Assembly (NCBI GenBank): GCA_963665095.1
Contig: OY762069.1
Coordinates: 416,001-480,000 of the forward strand
Direction: 5' to 3'
DNA: 64,000 bases
DNA from: an uncultured Desulfobacter sp.
GTDB lineage: Bacteria > Desulfobacterota > Desulfobacteria > Desulfobacterales > Desulfobacteraceae
In this document: positions 39,641-50,224 of the stretch, one piece after another
How positions within the stretch are numbered: the first letter of the stretch is position 1
Layout: every line of letters begins with the position of its first letter
Translations under genes and position numbers: made by a program
The notes under the pieces: model-generated
What the model saw: only the letters and a program-made list of their open reading frames with translations
Databases searched by the model: none
Told to the model about the DNA's origin: nothing

Positions 39641-40594
39641 TTAATTCAGGGGATAGTGGCAGCGGACAGCCCCGCTGTCTTGGCAAAGGGTTAGTTGCGG
39701 AGACTGTTCTTTGCATAAATTCTTTGCATGGGCGCACCGCGGGTGAAACAGACATCCCTTTGGGCGGTTGTATTTTCCCGGCACAAGGCCAGGGATGACT
39801 GGCAGCCTACGGGCGGCAACATTCCGTTCCGGCAGGGCGGATAAAAGCGCTTCAGTATACGGATGCCGGGGGTTGTTAAAAATATTGTCCGAAGTGTTTT
39901 TTTCAACCACCTGGCCTGCATACATCACCACCACGTTTTCCACGGTTTCCGCAATCACGGCCATGTCGTGGGTGATAAGGATCAATGCCATCTGCCGCTC
40001 TTTCTGCAGGTCCAGAAGAAGGTCCATGATCTGTGCCTGAATGGTGACATCAAGGGCTGTGGTAGGTTCATCTGCAATGAGAAGGCTTGGGTTGCAGGCA
40101 ATGGCCATGGCAATCATCACCCGCTGACACATGCCGCCGGAGAGCTGATGGGGAAAACATTTAAGCCGCTCTGCCGGTGCGGGAATTCCCACCTGACTGA
40201 GCAGTTCCACGGCCCTGTCTTTTCTCTGGGCCTTTGTCCCGCCCTCGTGGACCTTAAGGGCCTCTTTAATCTGAAAGCCCACGGTAAAGCAGGGGTTCAG
40301 GCTGGTCATGGGTTCCTGGAAGATCATGGCCACCTCCTTGCCCGTGATGGCCCGGCGTTTTTTGCGATCCATGGACAACAGATCCCGGCCCCCAAAGCAA
40401 AGGGTGTCGGCCCGGATAATGCCGGGGTAGGGGATCAGCCCCATAAGCGCGAGCTGGGTAACACTTTTCCCTGAACCGGATTCGCCTACAACGCCTAAAA
40501 CTTCACCCTTCCCAAGACAGATACTGACATCGTCAACAGCCTTGAATCCGTCAAAATCTACAGATAGTTTTTCTATATCAAGTAATTGCGTCAT
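39641..40594 (-). CDS. dppD: Dipeptide ABC transporter ATP-binding subunit
   Basis: [24 protein letters not shown]. Confidence 0.92.
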   Translation of the reverse strand: MTQLLDIEKLSVDFDGFKAVDDVSICLGKGEVLGVVGESGSGKSVTQLALMGLIPYPGIIRADTLCFGGRDLLSMDRKKRRAITGKEVAMIFQEPMTSLNPCFTVGFQIKEALKVHEGGTKAQRKDRAVELLSQVGIPAPAERLKCFPHQLSGGMCQRVMIAMAIACNPSLLIADEPTTALDVTIQAQIMDLLLDLQKERQMALILITHDMAVIAETVENVVVMYAGQVVEKNTSDNIFNNPRHPYTEALLSALPERNVAARRLPVIPGLVPGKYNRPKGCLFHPRCAHAKNLCKEQSPQLTLCQDSGAVRCHYPLN

Positions 40595-40598
40595 GGTT

Positions 40599-41501
40599 TT
40601 ATCTTTTCATTTTGGGATCAAGTGCGTCCCGCAATCCGTCACCGGCAAGGTTGAAGGCCAGCACGGTTAAAAGTATGGCAAGTCCCGGAAAGGTGACCAC
40701 CCACCAGGCTCTCTGGACAAACTGCAGGGCGTTGGCAAGCATGGCCCCCCATTCAGGGGTGGGCGGCTGAGCCCCCATGCCCAGGAAGCCCAAGGCTGCT
40801 GCATCCAGAATCGCCGATGAAAATCCCAGCGTGGCCTGGACAATGAGCGGGGCCATGCAGTTGGGCAGCAGTACAATGAACATCAGCCTGAATTTTCCGG
40901 CGCCGCATACTTTGGATGCCGTGACATAATCCTGACCCTTTTCAGACATGACCGATGCCCTTGTCAGACGTACATAATGGGGCAGCATGATCACTGAAAT
41001 AGCCACAATGGCGTTTTGCAGACTTGGGCCAAGCACTGCCACAATGGCCATGGCCAGCAAGAGGCTTGGCAGGGCCAGCATAATGTCCATCATGCGCATG
41101 ACAATGATCTCAAACGCCCCTTCAAAAAAACCGGCTGTCAGGCCCAGAATAATGCCAAGGCCAAGGGACAGGGTTACGGCAAGTACGCCCACAAAAAGAG
41201 AGAGTCTTGCCCCGTGAATCAGGCGGGAGAGAATGTCTCTGCCCACATCGTCAGTGCCCAGAATAAACTTGGTGGTGCCCCCGTCCTGCCAGAAGGGCGG
41301 GGCTAAAATGGCGTCCCGGAATTGTTCAAAGGGACTGTGGGGGGCCAGAACATCAGCAAAAACCGCCACTAAAATGGCAATAATGATAAAATAGAGTCCT
41401 GCCACAGCACCTTTGTTTTCGCTGAAGTATTTCCAGAACTCCTTAACAGGGTGGTCCGGGCCGCTGGCCGTTGCCGGCAGCACGGCTGTGTTTTCCGTCA
41501 T
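40599..41501 (-). CDS. dppC: Dipeptide ABC permease
   Basis: [40 protein letters not shown] before ATG at 41501. Confidence 0.92.
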   Translation of the reverse strand: MTENTAVLPATASGPDHPVKEFWKYFSENKGAVAGLYFIIIAILVAVFADVLAPHSPFEQFRDAILAPPFWQDGGTTKFILGTDDVGRDILSRLIHGARLSLFVGVLAVTLSLGLGIILGLTAGFFEGAFEIIVMRMMDIMLALPSLLLAMAIVAVLGPSLQNAIVAISVIMLPHYVRLTRASVMSEKGQDYVTASKVCGAGKFRLMFIVLLPNCMAPLIVQATLGFSSAILDAAALGFLGMGAQPPTPEWGAMLANALQFVQRAWWVVTFPGLAILLTVLAFNLAGDGLRDALDPKMKR

Positions 41502-41542
41502 ATTTCCTCCACTTGGGGTCTGATTTGGCTCTGAGGGGCTCA

Positions 41543-42550
41543 TCAGGTGCGCCGGATACGGGGGTTAATGATCCCGTAAAGAATGTCCACACAAAGATTG
41601 ACCAGAATAATGATTGAGGCAATGATGAGAATCCCGCCCTGGACAGCCGGGTAGTCGCGCCGGGATATGGATTCCACCATCCACTTTCCCACCCCGGGCC
41701 AGGCAAAAATGGTTTCCGTGAGAATAGCCCCTGCCAGAAGCACCCCGGTCTGAAGACCGATGACGGTGATGACCGGGATCATGGCGTTGCGCAGCGCATG
41801 GATCATGGTCACCCGAAAGGGAGAAAGTCCTTTGGCCTTGGCAGTGCGCACATAATCGGTCTGAAGTACTTCAAGCATGGAGGAGCGGGTCATCCGGGCA
41901 ATAACTGCTAAAGGGATGGTGCCCAGAACGATGGAGGGCAGGATCAGGTGACTGACGGCAGAAGTAAACGCGCCCTTTTCATCTGAGCGCAGCGCATCAA
42001 TGAGCATGAACCCTGTGTCCGCATCCACCCAGAAAAGCGCTGAGATCCTGCCAGACACCGGTGTCCAGCCAAGGTTCACCGAGAAAAGCAGGATAAAAAG
42101 GATGCCCAGCCAGAAAATGGGCATGGAATACCCGGTCAAAGAGACGGCCATCACTGAATGGTCAAACACCGATCCCCGCTTGACCCCTGCCAGCATGCCC
42201 ACAGGAAGGCCAATGGAAACCGCAAAGATCATCGCACAGATGGACAGCTCCATGGTGGCGGGGAAAAGGGAGAAAAATTCTTTTAATATCGGCTTTTTGG
42301 TTACAAAGGATTTGCCTAAATCCCCGTGGAGAATGCCGTTTATATATCTGAAGTACTGAACATATAACGGATCATCCAGCCCCATCTCCGCCTTAAGTTT
42401 TGCATGGCGGGCCGCATCAATACCCCGTTCACCGGCCCGCATCTCTACAGGATCACCCGGGATCAGGTGAATCAGGGAAAAGGTTAAAAGGGTGATGCCG
42501 ATAAAGGCAGGGAAAATATGTAGAAATCGCTTAAAAAGAAATTGAATCAT
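41543..42550 (-). CDS. dppB: Dipeptide ABC permease
   Basis: PGDP, GDLGKS, DYVRTAKAKG, HALRNA, NPRIR. Confidence 0.93.
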   Translation of the reverse strand: MIQFLFKRFLHIFPAFIGITLLTFSLIHLIPGDPVEMRAGERGIDAARHAKLKAEMGLDDPLYVQYFRYINGILHGDLGKSFVTKKPILKEFFSLFPATMELSICAMIFAVSIGLPVGMLAGVKRGSVFDHSVMAVSLTGYSMPIFWLGILFILLFSVNLGWTPVSGRISALFWVDADTGFMLIDALRSDEKGAFTSAVSHLILPSIVLGTIPLAVIARMTRSSMLEVLQTDYVRTAKAKGLSPFRVTMIHALRNAMIPVITVIGLQTGVLLAGAILTETIFAWPGVGKWMVESISRRDYPAVQGGILIIASIIILVNLCVDILYGIINPRIRRT

Positions 42551-42585
42551 GATTTCTTATCGCTTTGGCATGTCATGTCAAGCAG

Positions 42586-42618
42586 CAGGGCCGCATGCTG
42601 TAACAGCTTGCGGCCCTG
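42586..42618. other. Intergenic stem-loop between dppA and dppB (possible mRNA stabiliser)
   Basis: CAGGGCCGCA...TGCGGCCCTG. Confidence 0.6.
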
Positions 42619-42635
42619 TCGCCTGGTTGGTTTTT

Positions 42636-44228
42636 TTATTTAAGGTCTACGCCATAAAAAATGTGACCGCCAAAGGGATCAATCTTGTAATCCACCACCT
42701 CTTTTCTGATGGGTTCAAAGACAATTGAATGCGCAATGGTGATCCAGGGAGCCTGTTCTTTAAACAGTTTCTGAGCTTCCCTGTAATATTCGGTTCTCTT
42801 GGCAACATCAGAGGTCAGCTTTGCCTTTTGAAGCAGATTATCAAAGGGTTTGTAACACCATCTGGCGCGGTTGGCTGAACCAATGGCATCGCAACCCAGA
42901 AGAACGCCCATGAAGTTGTCTGGGTCACCGTTGTCGCCGGTCCAGCCCAGAAGTACGGTCATGTGTTCGCCTTCTTTGGAGCGTTTCAGGTATTCGCCCC
43001 ATTCATAGGTCACAATTTTTGCCTTCACACCCAGCTTGGCCCAGTCAGCCTGGATCATCTCTGCCATGCGGCGGGCGTTGGGGTTGTAAGGACGCTGTAC
43101 CGGCATGGCCCACAGATCCGTTTCAAAGCCGTCTTTCAATCCTGCTTCTGCCAGCAGTTTTTTAGCGCCTTCGATATCGTAGGGGTAATCTTTAACGGTT
43201 TCGTTGTATGACCAGATGGTGGGGGGGATGGGGTTGGTGGCGGCTTTGCCGGCACCCTGGTAGATGGCGTCAATAATGGCGGCCTTGTTCACAGCCATGT
43301 TCAACGCTTTTCTCACCCGGACATCATCATAGGGTTTTTTCTCAGTGTTAAACGCCAGGTAGCCGACATTCAATCCCTCTTTTTCCATAAGATTGATATC
43401 GCCGTCCTTTTTCATGGCAGCCAGATCCGCCGGATTGGGGTAAGGCATCACATGGCATTCACCCTTTTTCAGTTTTGCATAGCGAACAGAGGGGTCCGGA
43501 GTGATGGAGAATACCAGTTTGTCAATGTTTGCCTTGCCCTGCCAGTAGGTGGGATGGGCCTTATAGCGGATCAGGGAGTCTTTCTGATAGGAGACAAACA
43601 TGAAAGGTCCTGTGCCAATGGGTTGCTGGTCAAACATTTCAGGGGTGCCGGCCTTCATCATGTTGTCGGCATATTCCTTGGAGTGGATGGAGGCAAAGTC
43701 CATGGCCAGGTTGGCGATAAACGGGGCTTCCGGCTTGTTCAGTTTGAACACGATTGTGTAATCATCTGTTTTGGTCAGGGATTCAATGAGCTCTCCCATA
43801 CCCATGGCTTCGTAGTATTCGTAAGAAGCACCGGATACTTCGTTATAGTATTCACCCTTTCTTGCACGGTTAAAGGTGAATAGAACATCATCCGCATTAA
43901 ACTGGCGGGTGGGCGTAAAAAAAGGCGTGGTATGAAAATCCACGCCTTTTCTCAAGTGAAAGGTATAGGTTTTGCCGTCTTCAGATACATCCCAGGATTC
44001 TGCAAGACCGGGAGTAACCTTGGTGGTGCCTCTTTCAAAAAGAACCAGGCGGTCAAATACATTTTTGGAAGAAGCATCAAAGGTGGTGCCTGCGGTGTAG
44101 TGAATGGGAGTAAACCCTTCAGGGCTGCCCTCAGAGCAGTACACCAGGGTTTTTGCCTGAACAGATGCCGCCATAAATGCAAACATCAGAACAAACAAAA
44201 AAGAAAACACAGCTTTTTTCAATTTCAT
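42636..44228 (-). CDS. dppA: Dipeptide ABC substrate-binding protein
   Basis: KTLVYCSEGSPEGF, PGLAESW, MPVQRPYNPNARRMAE, GWTGDNGDPDNF: DppA-type motifs. Confidence 0.93.
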   Translation of the reverse strand: MKLKKAVFSFLFVLMFAFMAASVQAKTLVYCSEGSPEGFTPIHYTAGTTFDASSKNVFDRLVLFERGTTKVTPGLAESWDVSEDGKTYTFHLRKGVDFHTTPFFTPTRQFNADDVLFTFNRARKGEYYNEVSGASYEYYEAMGMGELIESLTKTDDYTIVFKLNKPEAPFIANLAMDFASIHSKEYADNMMKAGTPEMFDQQPIGTGPFMFVSYQKDSLIRYKAHPTYWQGKANIDKLVFSITPDPSVRYAKLKKGECHVMPYPNPADLAAMKKDGDINLMEKEGLNVGYLAFNTEKKPYDDVRVRKALNMAVNKAAIIDAIYQGAGKAATNPIPPTIWSYNETVKDYPYDIEGAKKLLAEAGLKDGFETDLWAMPVQRPYNPNARRMAEMIQADWAKLGVKAKIVTYEWGEYLKRSKEGEHMTVLLGWTGDNGDPDNFMGVLLGCDAIGSANRARWCYKPFDNLLQKAKLTSDVAKRTEYYREAQKLFKEQAPWITIAHSIVFEPIRKEVVDYKIDPFGGHIFYGVDLK

Positions 44229-44271
44229 CTTCTCTCTCCTTTTTAGGTTTTAGGTTGTGCTTTGTTAGGAA

Positions 44272-44283
44272 CCTGTCAGACCT
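44272..44283. promoter_or_regulatory. Candidate GntR operator upstream of dppA
   Basis: CCTGTCAGACCT; its core is the reverse complement of the GTCTGAC core upstream of the gntR gene. Confidence 0.45.
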
Positions 44284-44349
44284 CTTATCATGATCTGCAG
44301 ATTTTGTCTGCTGAAATCCAATCGTTGGTTTCAGACATATTCATTTTTT

Positions 44350-46710
44350 TTATTGCATTTCTTGTGCTGTACGACTGATGATCTCCTCCTGGTGATCACG
44401 GTCAAGATCCACAAAATAATCACTGTAACCTGCCACCCGCACCAGAAGGTTGCGGTAGTTGTCCGGATTATTCTGGGCGTCACGCAGGGTGTTGGTATCC
44501 ACCACGTTGAACTGGACATGGTGGCCCCCTAACCCGAAATAGGTACGGATCAGGGCGGTCAGTTTTTTTAAGTCCTTGTCCGTTGACAGCACCGACGGCA
44601 GGAATCTTTGGTTGAGCAGGGTGCCGCCGGATTTTGCCTGGTCCATTTTGGACAGGGATTTAATCACTGCGGTGGGTCCGTTTTTGTCCGCCCCGTGGGA
44701 GGGAGATGTGCCGTCGGATTCAGGGGCATGGGCAAACCGTCCGTTGGGGGTTGCCCCCAGCATTTTGCCAAAGTAAACATGACAGGTGGTGGAGAGCATG
44801 TTGAGCCGGTAGACCGTGCCTTTGGTGTTGGGCTTGCCGTCAATGGCGGCAAGCAGGCTTTTATACACCTGCTGCATGATGGTATCGGCCCTGTCGTCAT
44901 CATTGCCGAAAAATGGCGTACGGTTCCACAGTTTGAGACGCAGGGCTTCGGCGTCTTTGAAGTTGGTGGACAGGGCGTTTAAAAGTTCTTTCATGGAGAC
45001 GGATCCTGTTTCATACACATGGGTCCGGATGGCGGACAGGCTGTCAGTTACCGTGCCGATGCCACAGCACTGGATATAGTTGGTGTTGTACTTTGGCCCG
45101 CCATTGTAATAATCTTTCCCCTTGTCAATGCAGCCGTCAATTACGGTGGAGAGCAAAGGCGCCGGGCAGTAGGCCGCATACATACGCTCAATATAGTTGT
45201 TTACCCGGATCTTTAAATTAACAATATACGCCAGCTGGGCTTCAAACCCGGCATAGAGCTTTTCATAGGTATCAAAGGATTCTGGATCACCGGTTTCAAT
45301 ACCTACCATCTGCCCTGACAGTGGATCAATTCCGTTGTTCAGGGTAATTTCAAGAATTTTAGGCACATTGAGATAGCCTGTGAGGATGTAGGCTTCCTTG
45401 CCGAAACAGCCGGTTTCAATGCATCCGCTGGTGCCGCCCTGCCTGGCGTCCTCCACAGTCTTTCCCATGCCCACCTGTTCCATGATCACCGTGTCAGTAT
45501 TAAAAACAGAAGGGTAACCATGGCCTTTTTTAATCACCCGGGCCGCAGCATCCAGGAAGCGTTCCGGGGTTTTTGTGCTGACATGCACCGACGGCTGGGG
45601 CTGGAGAAGCGCCAGTTCGTCTGCCACCTCCAGGGCCATGAAGGAGACCTCACTGGACCCGTCACTGCCGTCGCCCTTAAGACCGCCCAGATTCACCTGG
45701 GTAAAATCGTTGTATGTGCCGCTCTCCCTGGCCGTTACCCCCACCTTGGGCGGAGCAGTATGGTTGTTAATCTTAATCCAGAGACAGGCCAGAAGTTCCT
45801 TGGCTTTATTTCTGTCAATGGTGCCGGTTTCCACCTCTTTTTCGTAAAAAGGGGCCAGGTGCTGGTCCAGATGTCCGGGTGACATGGCGTCCCAGCCGTT
45901 AAGTTCTGTGATGGTGCCCAGATGGACAAACCAGTACATTTGAATAGCCTCGTGAAAGGTTGATGGGGCGTGTTCCGGCACTTTCCGGCACACCCGGGCG
46001 ATTTCCAGAAGTTCTTTTTTGCGTGAGGTGTCTGTTTCTTTCTGTGCCAGCTGTTCTGCCAGGTCTGCATGACGCCGGGCAAAAACGATCAGGGCATCGC
46101 AGGCAATTTTCATGGCGGAAAGCGTCTCAAACCGGTCCGATGCCTCAGGATCATTCATATAGTCCAGTGCATCCATCCGGGCCTGGATCCGGGCTTTAAA
46201 ATCTGCCATCCCCGTCTGGTAGATTTGACCGTCCAGTGCGGTATGTCCTGGTGCCCTTTGTTCCATGAATTCAGTGAAAAGACCGGCCTGATATGCGTTT
46301 TTCCAGTTTTCCGGCACCTGGCTGAAAATTCGGTCCCGGATAGAACGGCCCTGCCAGTAGGGAATCACCTTTTCCTCATAGGTCTGAATATCTTTTTTTT
46401 CCACCCTGTAGCGGGTCATGGGCCGGGTGTTCAGGGTTTCAAGGTCAGCGGTCGTATGGCAGGTGAGCTCAGGGAAAGTTGGCACCACTTTGGGGGCAGG
46501 CCCACGTTCTCCCACGATCAACTCCTTTTCTCCGATGTAAATAGTTTTTTCCCGGCACAGGGTGTCAAAGAACTTAGCCCGGAGCACCGGCAGGGAGTAC
46601 CGACCGGCGTTATTTTGGTAAAATTTTGTTTCAATCAATGCCCGTTCAATGGAAATGGCCGGCGTTGCATTAAAACTTAAATTTCGTAAATATGTGATAC
46701 GTTCGTTCAT
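44350..46710 (-). CDS. hypD: Glycyl radical enzyme, trans-4-hydroxy-L-proline dehydratase
   Basis: FTEFMEQRAPGHT, NGWD, SGTYNDF, SGCIE, YILTGY, MLSTTCH and RVAGY match the HypD active-site pattern. Confidence 0.87.
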   Translation of the reverse strand: MNERITYLRNLSFNATPAISIERALIETKFYQNNAGRYSLPVLRAKFFDTLCREKTIYIGEKELIVGERGPAPKVVPTFPELTCHTTADLETLNTRPMTRYRVEKKDIQTYEEKVIPYWQGRSIRDRIFSQVPENWKNAYQAGLFTEFMEQRAPGHTALDGQIYQTGMADFKARIQARMDALDYMNDPEASDRFETLSAMKIACDALIVFARRHADLAEQLAQKETDTSRKKELLEIARVCRKVPEHAPSTFHEAIQMYWFVHLGTITELNGWDAMSPGHLDQHLAPFYEKEVETGTIDRNKAKELLACLWIKINNHTAPPKVGVTARESGTYNDFTQVNLGGLKGDGSDGSSEVSFMALEVADELALLQPQPSVHVSTKTPERFLDAAARVIKKGHGYPSVFNTDTVIMEQVGMGKTVEDARQGGTSGCIETGCFGKEAYILTGYLNVPKILEITLNNGIDPLSGQMVGIETGDPESFDTYEKLYAGFEAQLAYIVNLKIRVNNYIERMYAAYCPAPLLSTVIDGCIDKGKDYYNGGPKYNTNYIQCCGIGTVTDSLSAIRTHVYETGSVSMKELLNALSTNFKDAEALRLKLWNRTPFFGNDDDRADTIMQQVYKSLLAAIDGKPNTKGTVYRLNMLSTTCHVYFGKMLGATPNGRFAHAPESDGTSPSHGADKNGPTAVIKSLSKMDQAKSGGTLLNQRFLPSVLSTDKDLKKLTALIRTYFGLGGHHVQFNVVDTNTLRDAQNNPDNYRNLLVRVAGYSDYFVDLDRDHQEEIISRTAQEMQ

Positions 46711-46716
46711 CTTAGA

Positions 46717-47625
46717 TTAACCTCCAATGGTAGTGTAAAGGCCGTGGGCTTGAAGAAGATCTGCACACCGGGCTATTTTTTTATCGGAAGGGCGTTGCAG
46801 GGAAAAATTGGGTATTTCCATGCCCAGCTTTTTATATTTTCCAGCAGCCATGTCATGGAAGGGCAGAAGATCTACCCGGCTTTTAGGCCGGATTCCGGAA
46901 ATGAATCTGCCGGTATTGTTAATATTGTCCGGATCTGTATTCACCCCTTCTATCAGGGGGATTCGAAACCGGATATCCGCGCCGGCAGCTGCCAGAAAAC
47001 GGATATTGTCAAGGATGAGTTCATTGGGTCTGCCAGTGAACTTTTCATGCGCGGCACTGTTCATATGTTTGAGATCGACAAGAAACAGATCTGTCAGGCC
47101 GGCAATTTTTTCGAGCAGGGCTGTCCGGGTATACAGGCAGGTATCCACAGCACAATGAATGTTTATCGCTTTACAGGCCTTAAGCAGTTCCAGTAAGAAT
47201 TGGGGCTGAAACAAGGGGTCGCCTCCGGAAAAGGTCACCCCGCCACCGGACTGGTCATAAAAGGGGATATCCTTTTTAATCTGGGTTATGACGTCATTGA
47301 TATCCACAATGCGCCCCACAGCTTCGTGGGCCAGGGCTGGACAGGTTTCTGCGCAATGGCCGCATCCGGTGCACAGTGATTTGTTCCGGAAAATAGCGCC
47401 TTGATTCAGGGTCAGGGCATTGGCGTCACACGCCTTTATGCACTGGCCGCAGCCGATGCATAATTTTTTTTGCCAGATATGCTCAATGCCCGGGATAATG
47501 CCTTCAGGGTTGTGACACCAGGCGCACCGTAACGGGCACCCTTTGAAAAATACCGTTGTCCGGATATTGGGCCCGTCATGAATGGCATATTTTTTTATGG
47601 CAAAGATCTGCCCCCTTTCTGTCAC
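46717..47625 (-). CDS. Glycyl-radical activating enzyme (radical SAM + 2x[4Fe-4S])
   Basis: HDGPNIRT, CPLRCAWCHNPE, two CxxCxxC ferredoxin motifs, GGVTFSGG. Confidence 0.94.
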   Translation of the reverse strand: MTERGQIFAIKKYAIHDGPNIRTTVFFKGCPLRCAWCHNPEGIIPGIEHIWQKKLCIGCGQCIKACDANALTLNQGAIFRNKSLCTGCGHCAETCPALAHEAVGRIVDINDVITQIKKDIPFYDQSGGGVTFSGGDPLFQPQFLLELLKACKAINIHCAVDTCLYTRTALLEKIAGLTDLFLVDLKHMNSAAHEKFTGRPNELILDNIRFLAAAGADIRFRIPLIEGVNTDPDNINNTGRFISGIRPKSRVDLLPFHDMAAGKYKKLGMEIPNFSLQRPSDKKIARCADLLQAHGLYTTIGG

Positions 47626-48359
47626 GCTCTTTGGCCCTCCATCAGCTTGGAGAATTTCAGAACATGCTGCCTGGCAGCCGCTTCAGCTTCCTTCGGTTCT
47701 TTCTGGGTAACAGCCCTGTGAATGGCTTTCAGGTCATTGACATCCTCTGTGAGCAACGTGTTTGAAAAGGGCAGAAAGGTCTGGAAATAGACATGGATAT
47801 TTTCATGAATACAGGTCTGGTTGGCCAGTAGCAGTGGATTGTCCGCCATAAGGGCTATCTGTTGGTGAAAAAGAGCATCCAGCCGGTGAAATTCGTCGAA
47901 GTTGTCCGGGTTGGTGGCGGCATGGGCCTCAATGTCAGCCATAATCGTATCCAGTTCCTTCATTTGATCTGCGGTGACATTGGACGCGGCTTTCCGGGCC
48001 GCATATCCTTCAAGAAAGGCTCTGAACTCCGCTAAATGTTCCAGAGAACACTGCTGGTGGCGAATCATCACGGCAATGCTGTCCTGCATGGCCCGGGTAT
48101 TTGCGGGCTGGACCTCGGCGCCGCCCTTAACACCGGCTCGGATAGCCACAAGCCCTTTGTTTTCAAGTACCAGCAACGCCTCTCGGATGGTACCCCGGCT
48201 GGTATTAAAGGTCTCTTTGAGTTGCATCTCCGGGGGCAGGCGGTCGCCGGCCTTGATGCTGCCGTTAAATATGGCTTCTTCAATCTGTTCCACCACATGT
48301 TCATAGGACTTTTTGGGGGTTGCTTGGGTAAAGTTCAGGGCCATGACTGCTCCATACAT
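47622..48359 (-). CDS. GntR/FadR-family transcriptional regulator
   Basis: GDRLPPE...SRGTIREAL..LE..GL wHTH; FCD domain with DALFH and NPLL; overlaps the activase start. Confidence 0.93.
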   Translation of the reverse strand: MYGAVMALNFTQATPKKSYEHVVEQIEEAIFNGSIKAGDRLPPEMQLKETFNTSRGTIREALLVLENKGLVAIRAGVKGGAEVQPANTRAMQDSIAVMIRHQQCSLEHLAEFRAFLEGYAARKAASNVTADQMKELDTIMADIEAHAATNPDNFDEFHRLDALFHQQIALMADNPLLLANQTCIHENIHVYFQTFLPFSNTLLTEDVNDLKAIHRAVTQKEPKEAEAAARQHVLKFSKLMEGQRA

Positions 48360-48382
48360 ATATACTTTATGTCGAATTGTTT

Positions 48383-48397
48383 AATTGTCTGACAATT
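48383..48397. promoter_or_regulatory. Palindromic GntR/FadR-type operator
   Basis: AATTGTCTGACAATT, ~24 bp upstream of the gntR start. Confidence 0.7.
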
Positions 48398-48509
48398 TAA
48401 GTGCCTTTGAATTTTTTGTCAAGCCGGCAATATCTCTTTTGGTAACCATGCCGGCTATGATAGATTTCCATGCTGAAACAAAGGTAAATGCAGTAAAAAG
48501 GAACCCTAT

Positions 48510-49448
48510 TTGGAAAATCAGTTTCACATACCTGCCCAAACAGCCTTCTGGGATATAAATTGCCTGCCTGTAGCTCCGGTATCACGCATGGCACCAACAC
48601 CATCCGGTTTTTTGCATCTGGGCAATGCCGTTAATTTCCTGATGACCTGGGCCATTGTAAGAAGCCGTAACGGCAAGCTTCATTTGAGAGTAGATGACAT
48701 GGACGGGATCAGATTCCGGCAGGATGTGCTGGAGGACATATTTTACAGTCTGGAGTGGCTGGGTGTGGACTGGGATACCGGGCCATCAGGACCGGAAGAA
48801 TTTTACCATACCTTTTCCCTGCAAAAAAAGAAACCTGATTACTGGGAACGGTTGTGCGGGCTTATGGAGGGGACTGACAAGACCTTTGCCTGCCAGTGCA
48901 GCCGGTCCGCCATTAAACAGGCAAGTTCAGACGGGCTTTATCCCGGTACCTGCCGGGATAAAGGGCTATTGTTTCAACCCGGCCGCCATGCCATCCGGTT
49001 AAAGGTAGACAAAGACACCGTTGTTCGGGTGAATGAAACTAACATTGACTTAAGCGGGGAGTTTGGTGACTTTGTGATCTGGCGCAAGGACGATCAGCCA
49101 AGCTATCACCTGGCAAGCCTGCTTGAGGATGAAGCAGGGGGCGTCAATTTAATTATCAGAGGAGAGGACCTTTTTTCCTCCACGGCTGCCCAGGTCTATC
49201 TGGCCAGCTGTTTCGGATTTGCCGGCTTTCCTTCCTGTCATTTTATTCACCACGGGCTTGTACGTGACTGCGCTGGTGAAAAACTTTCCAAATCCAGGGG
49301 AGCCTTTGCCCTTAAGGACATACGCGAAGCAGGCGGGACGCCCCTTGCTGCTGTAAGAACGGCCGCCCGTTTTTTAGGGGTGATCGAAGATGAAGTTGCA
49401 TCTGCAAATGACTTGTTACGATCAGTGGCAGGTCCTGTTCAATTTTAA
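48510..49448 (+). CDS. gluQ: Glutamyl-Q tRNA(Asp) synthetase-like (GluRS catalytic domain only)
   Basis: RMAPTPSGFLHLGN, CQCSR, YPGTCR, IRGEDL, KLSKS; no anticodon-binding domain. Confidence 0.82.
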   Translation: MENQFHIPAQTAFWDINCLPVAPVSRMAPTPSGFLHLGNAVNFLMTWAIVRSRNGKLHLRVDDMDGIRFRQDVLEDIFYSLEWLGVDWDTGPSGPEEFYHTFSLQKKKPDYWERLCGLMEGTDKTFACQCSRSAIKQASSDGLYPGTCRDKGLLFQPGRHAIRLKVDKDTVVRVNETNIDLSGEFGDFVIWRKDDQPSYHLASLLEDEAGGVNLIIRGEDLFSSTAAQVYLASCFGFAGFPSCHFIHHGLVRDCAGEKLSKSRGAFALKDIREAGGTPLAAVRTAARFLGVIEDEVASANDLLRSVAGPVQF

Positions 49449-49750
49449 AGATATATCTCTTGAATTATAAACAGATATTTGCTTTAGTATAGTTATTCAG
49501 CTTCATTGACGCAATTTGGAAAAAACATTCCTGAATTATGCAGTGATTTCTTAATGATTATTACATAATCCGGTAAAAAAAGATTGATAAATAGGCTGAA
49601 TATGCGACAATAACCTACATCTCCAATACGATATGGGATTTTCATTACGGCGGGTATCCAGGTCATGGTATGCCAGGTTCCCCCGAAATATATAACGATT
49701 ACCTTCAGCGCGCTAATTTTGTAATATTTTCCAAAACAAGGAGTTAAGAG

Positions 49751-50173
49751 GTGACAGATCCGTTTTCAAAAGACAAATTTCTCCTGGATGAGATTATGTC
49801 TGAAGCCCGTACCCTGGCCGAGGATCTGCAAAAGGATATCCTGGATTATATCCGAAACATGAGGGAGCCACGATCGTATCCCAGGATTAATAAATCCATA
49901 GAGGTCGATGTCCTGATCGGTGACAAAATAATCCAGTCCAATGCCCGAAATATCAGTGCTTCAGGCATTTTTATCCGATCAGGTGTGAAGCCGGAAATAG
50001 GCACGCCTGCCAAGGTCGTCTTTTCCCTGCCCGGACAGCCCCGGCCCTTTAAACTTGGTGCCACCGTGGTCCGGATCGAAAGCGGCGGTATCGGATTGTG
50101 CTTCTCTGAGATGACCTCCTATGCCCGTGAAAATCTTGATAATCTGTTAAAAGGACTGAATCCGGAAACTTAA
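49751..50173 (+). CDS. PilZ-domain protein
   Basis: RSYPR (RxxxR) and NISASG (D/NxSxxG). Confidence 0.85.
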   Translation: MTDPFSKDKFLLDEIMSEARTLAEDLQKDILDYIRNMREPRSYPRINKSIEVDVLIGDKIIQSNARNISASGIFIRSGVKPEIGTPAKVVFSLPGQPRPFKLGATVVRIESGGIGLCFSEMTSYARENLDNLLKGLNPET

Positions 50174-50224
50174 ATATGACGTATCTACTCTCTCCCCCGT
50201 TATTGGGTTTCACTGCCTGATATC

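Noticed and set aside
44350..46710. Pyruvate formate-lyase or choline TMA-lyase
   Set aside because: Single active-site Cys (SGCIE, not CC) and HypD-specific motifs; no microcompartment genes.
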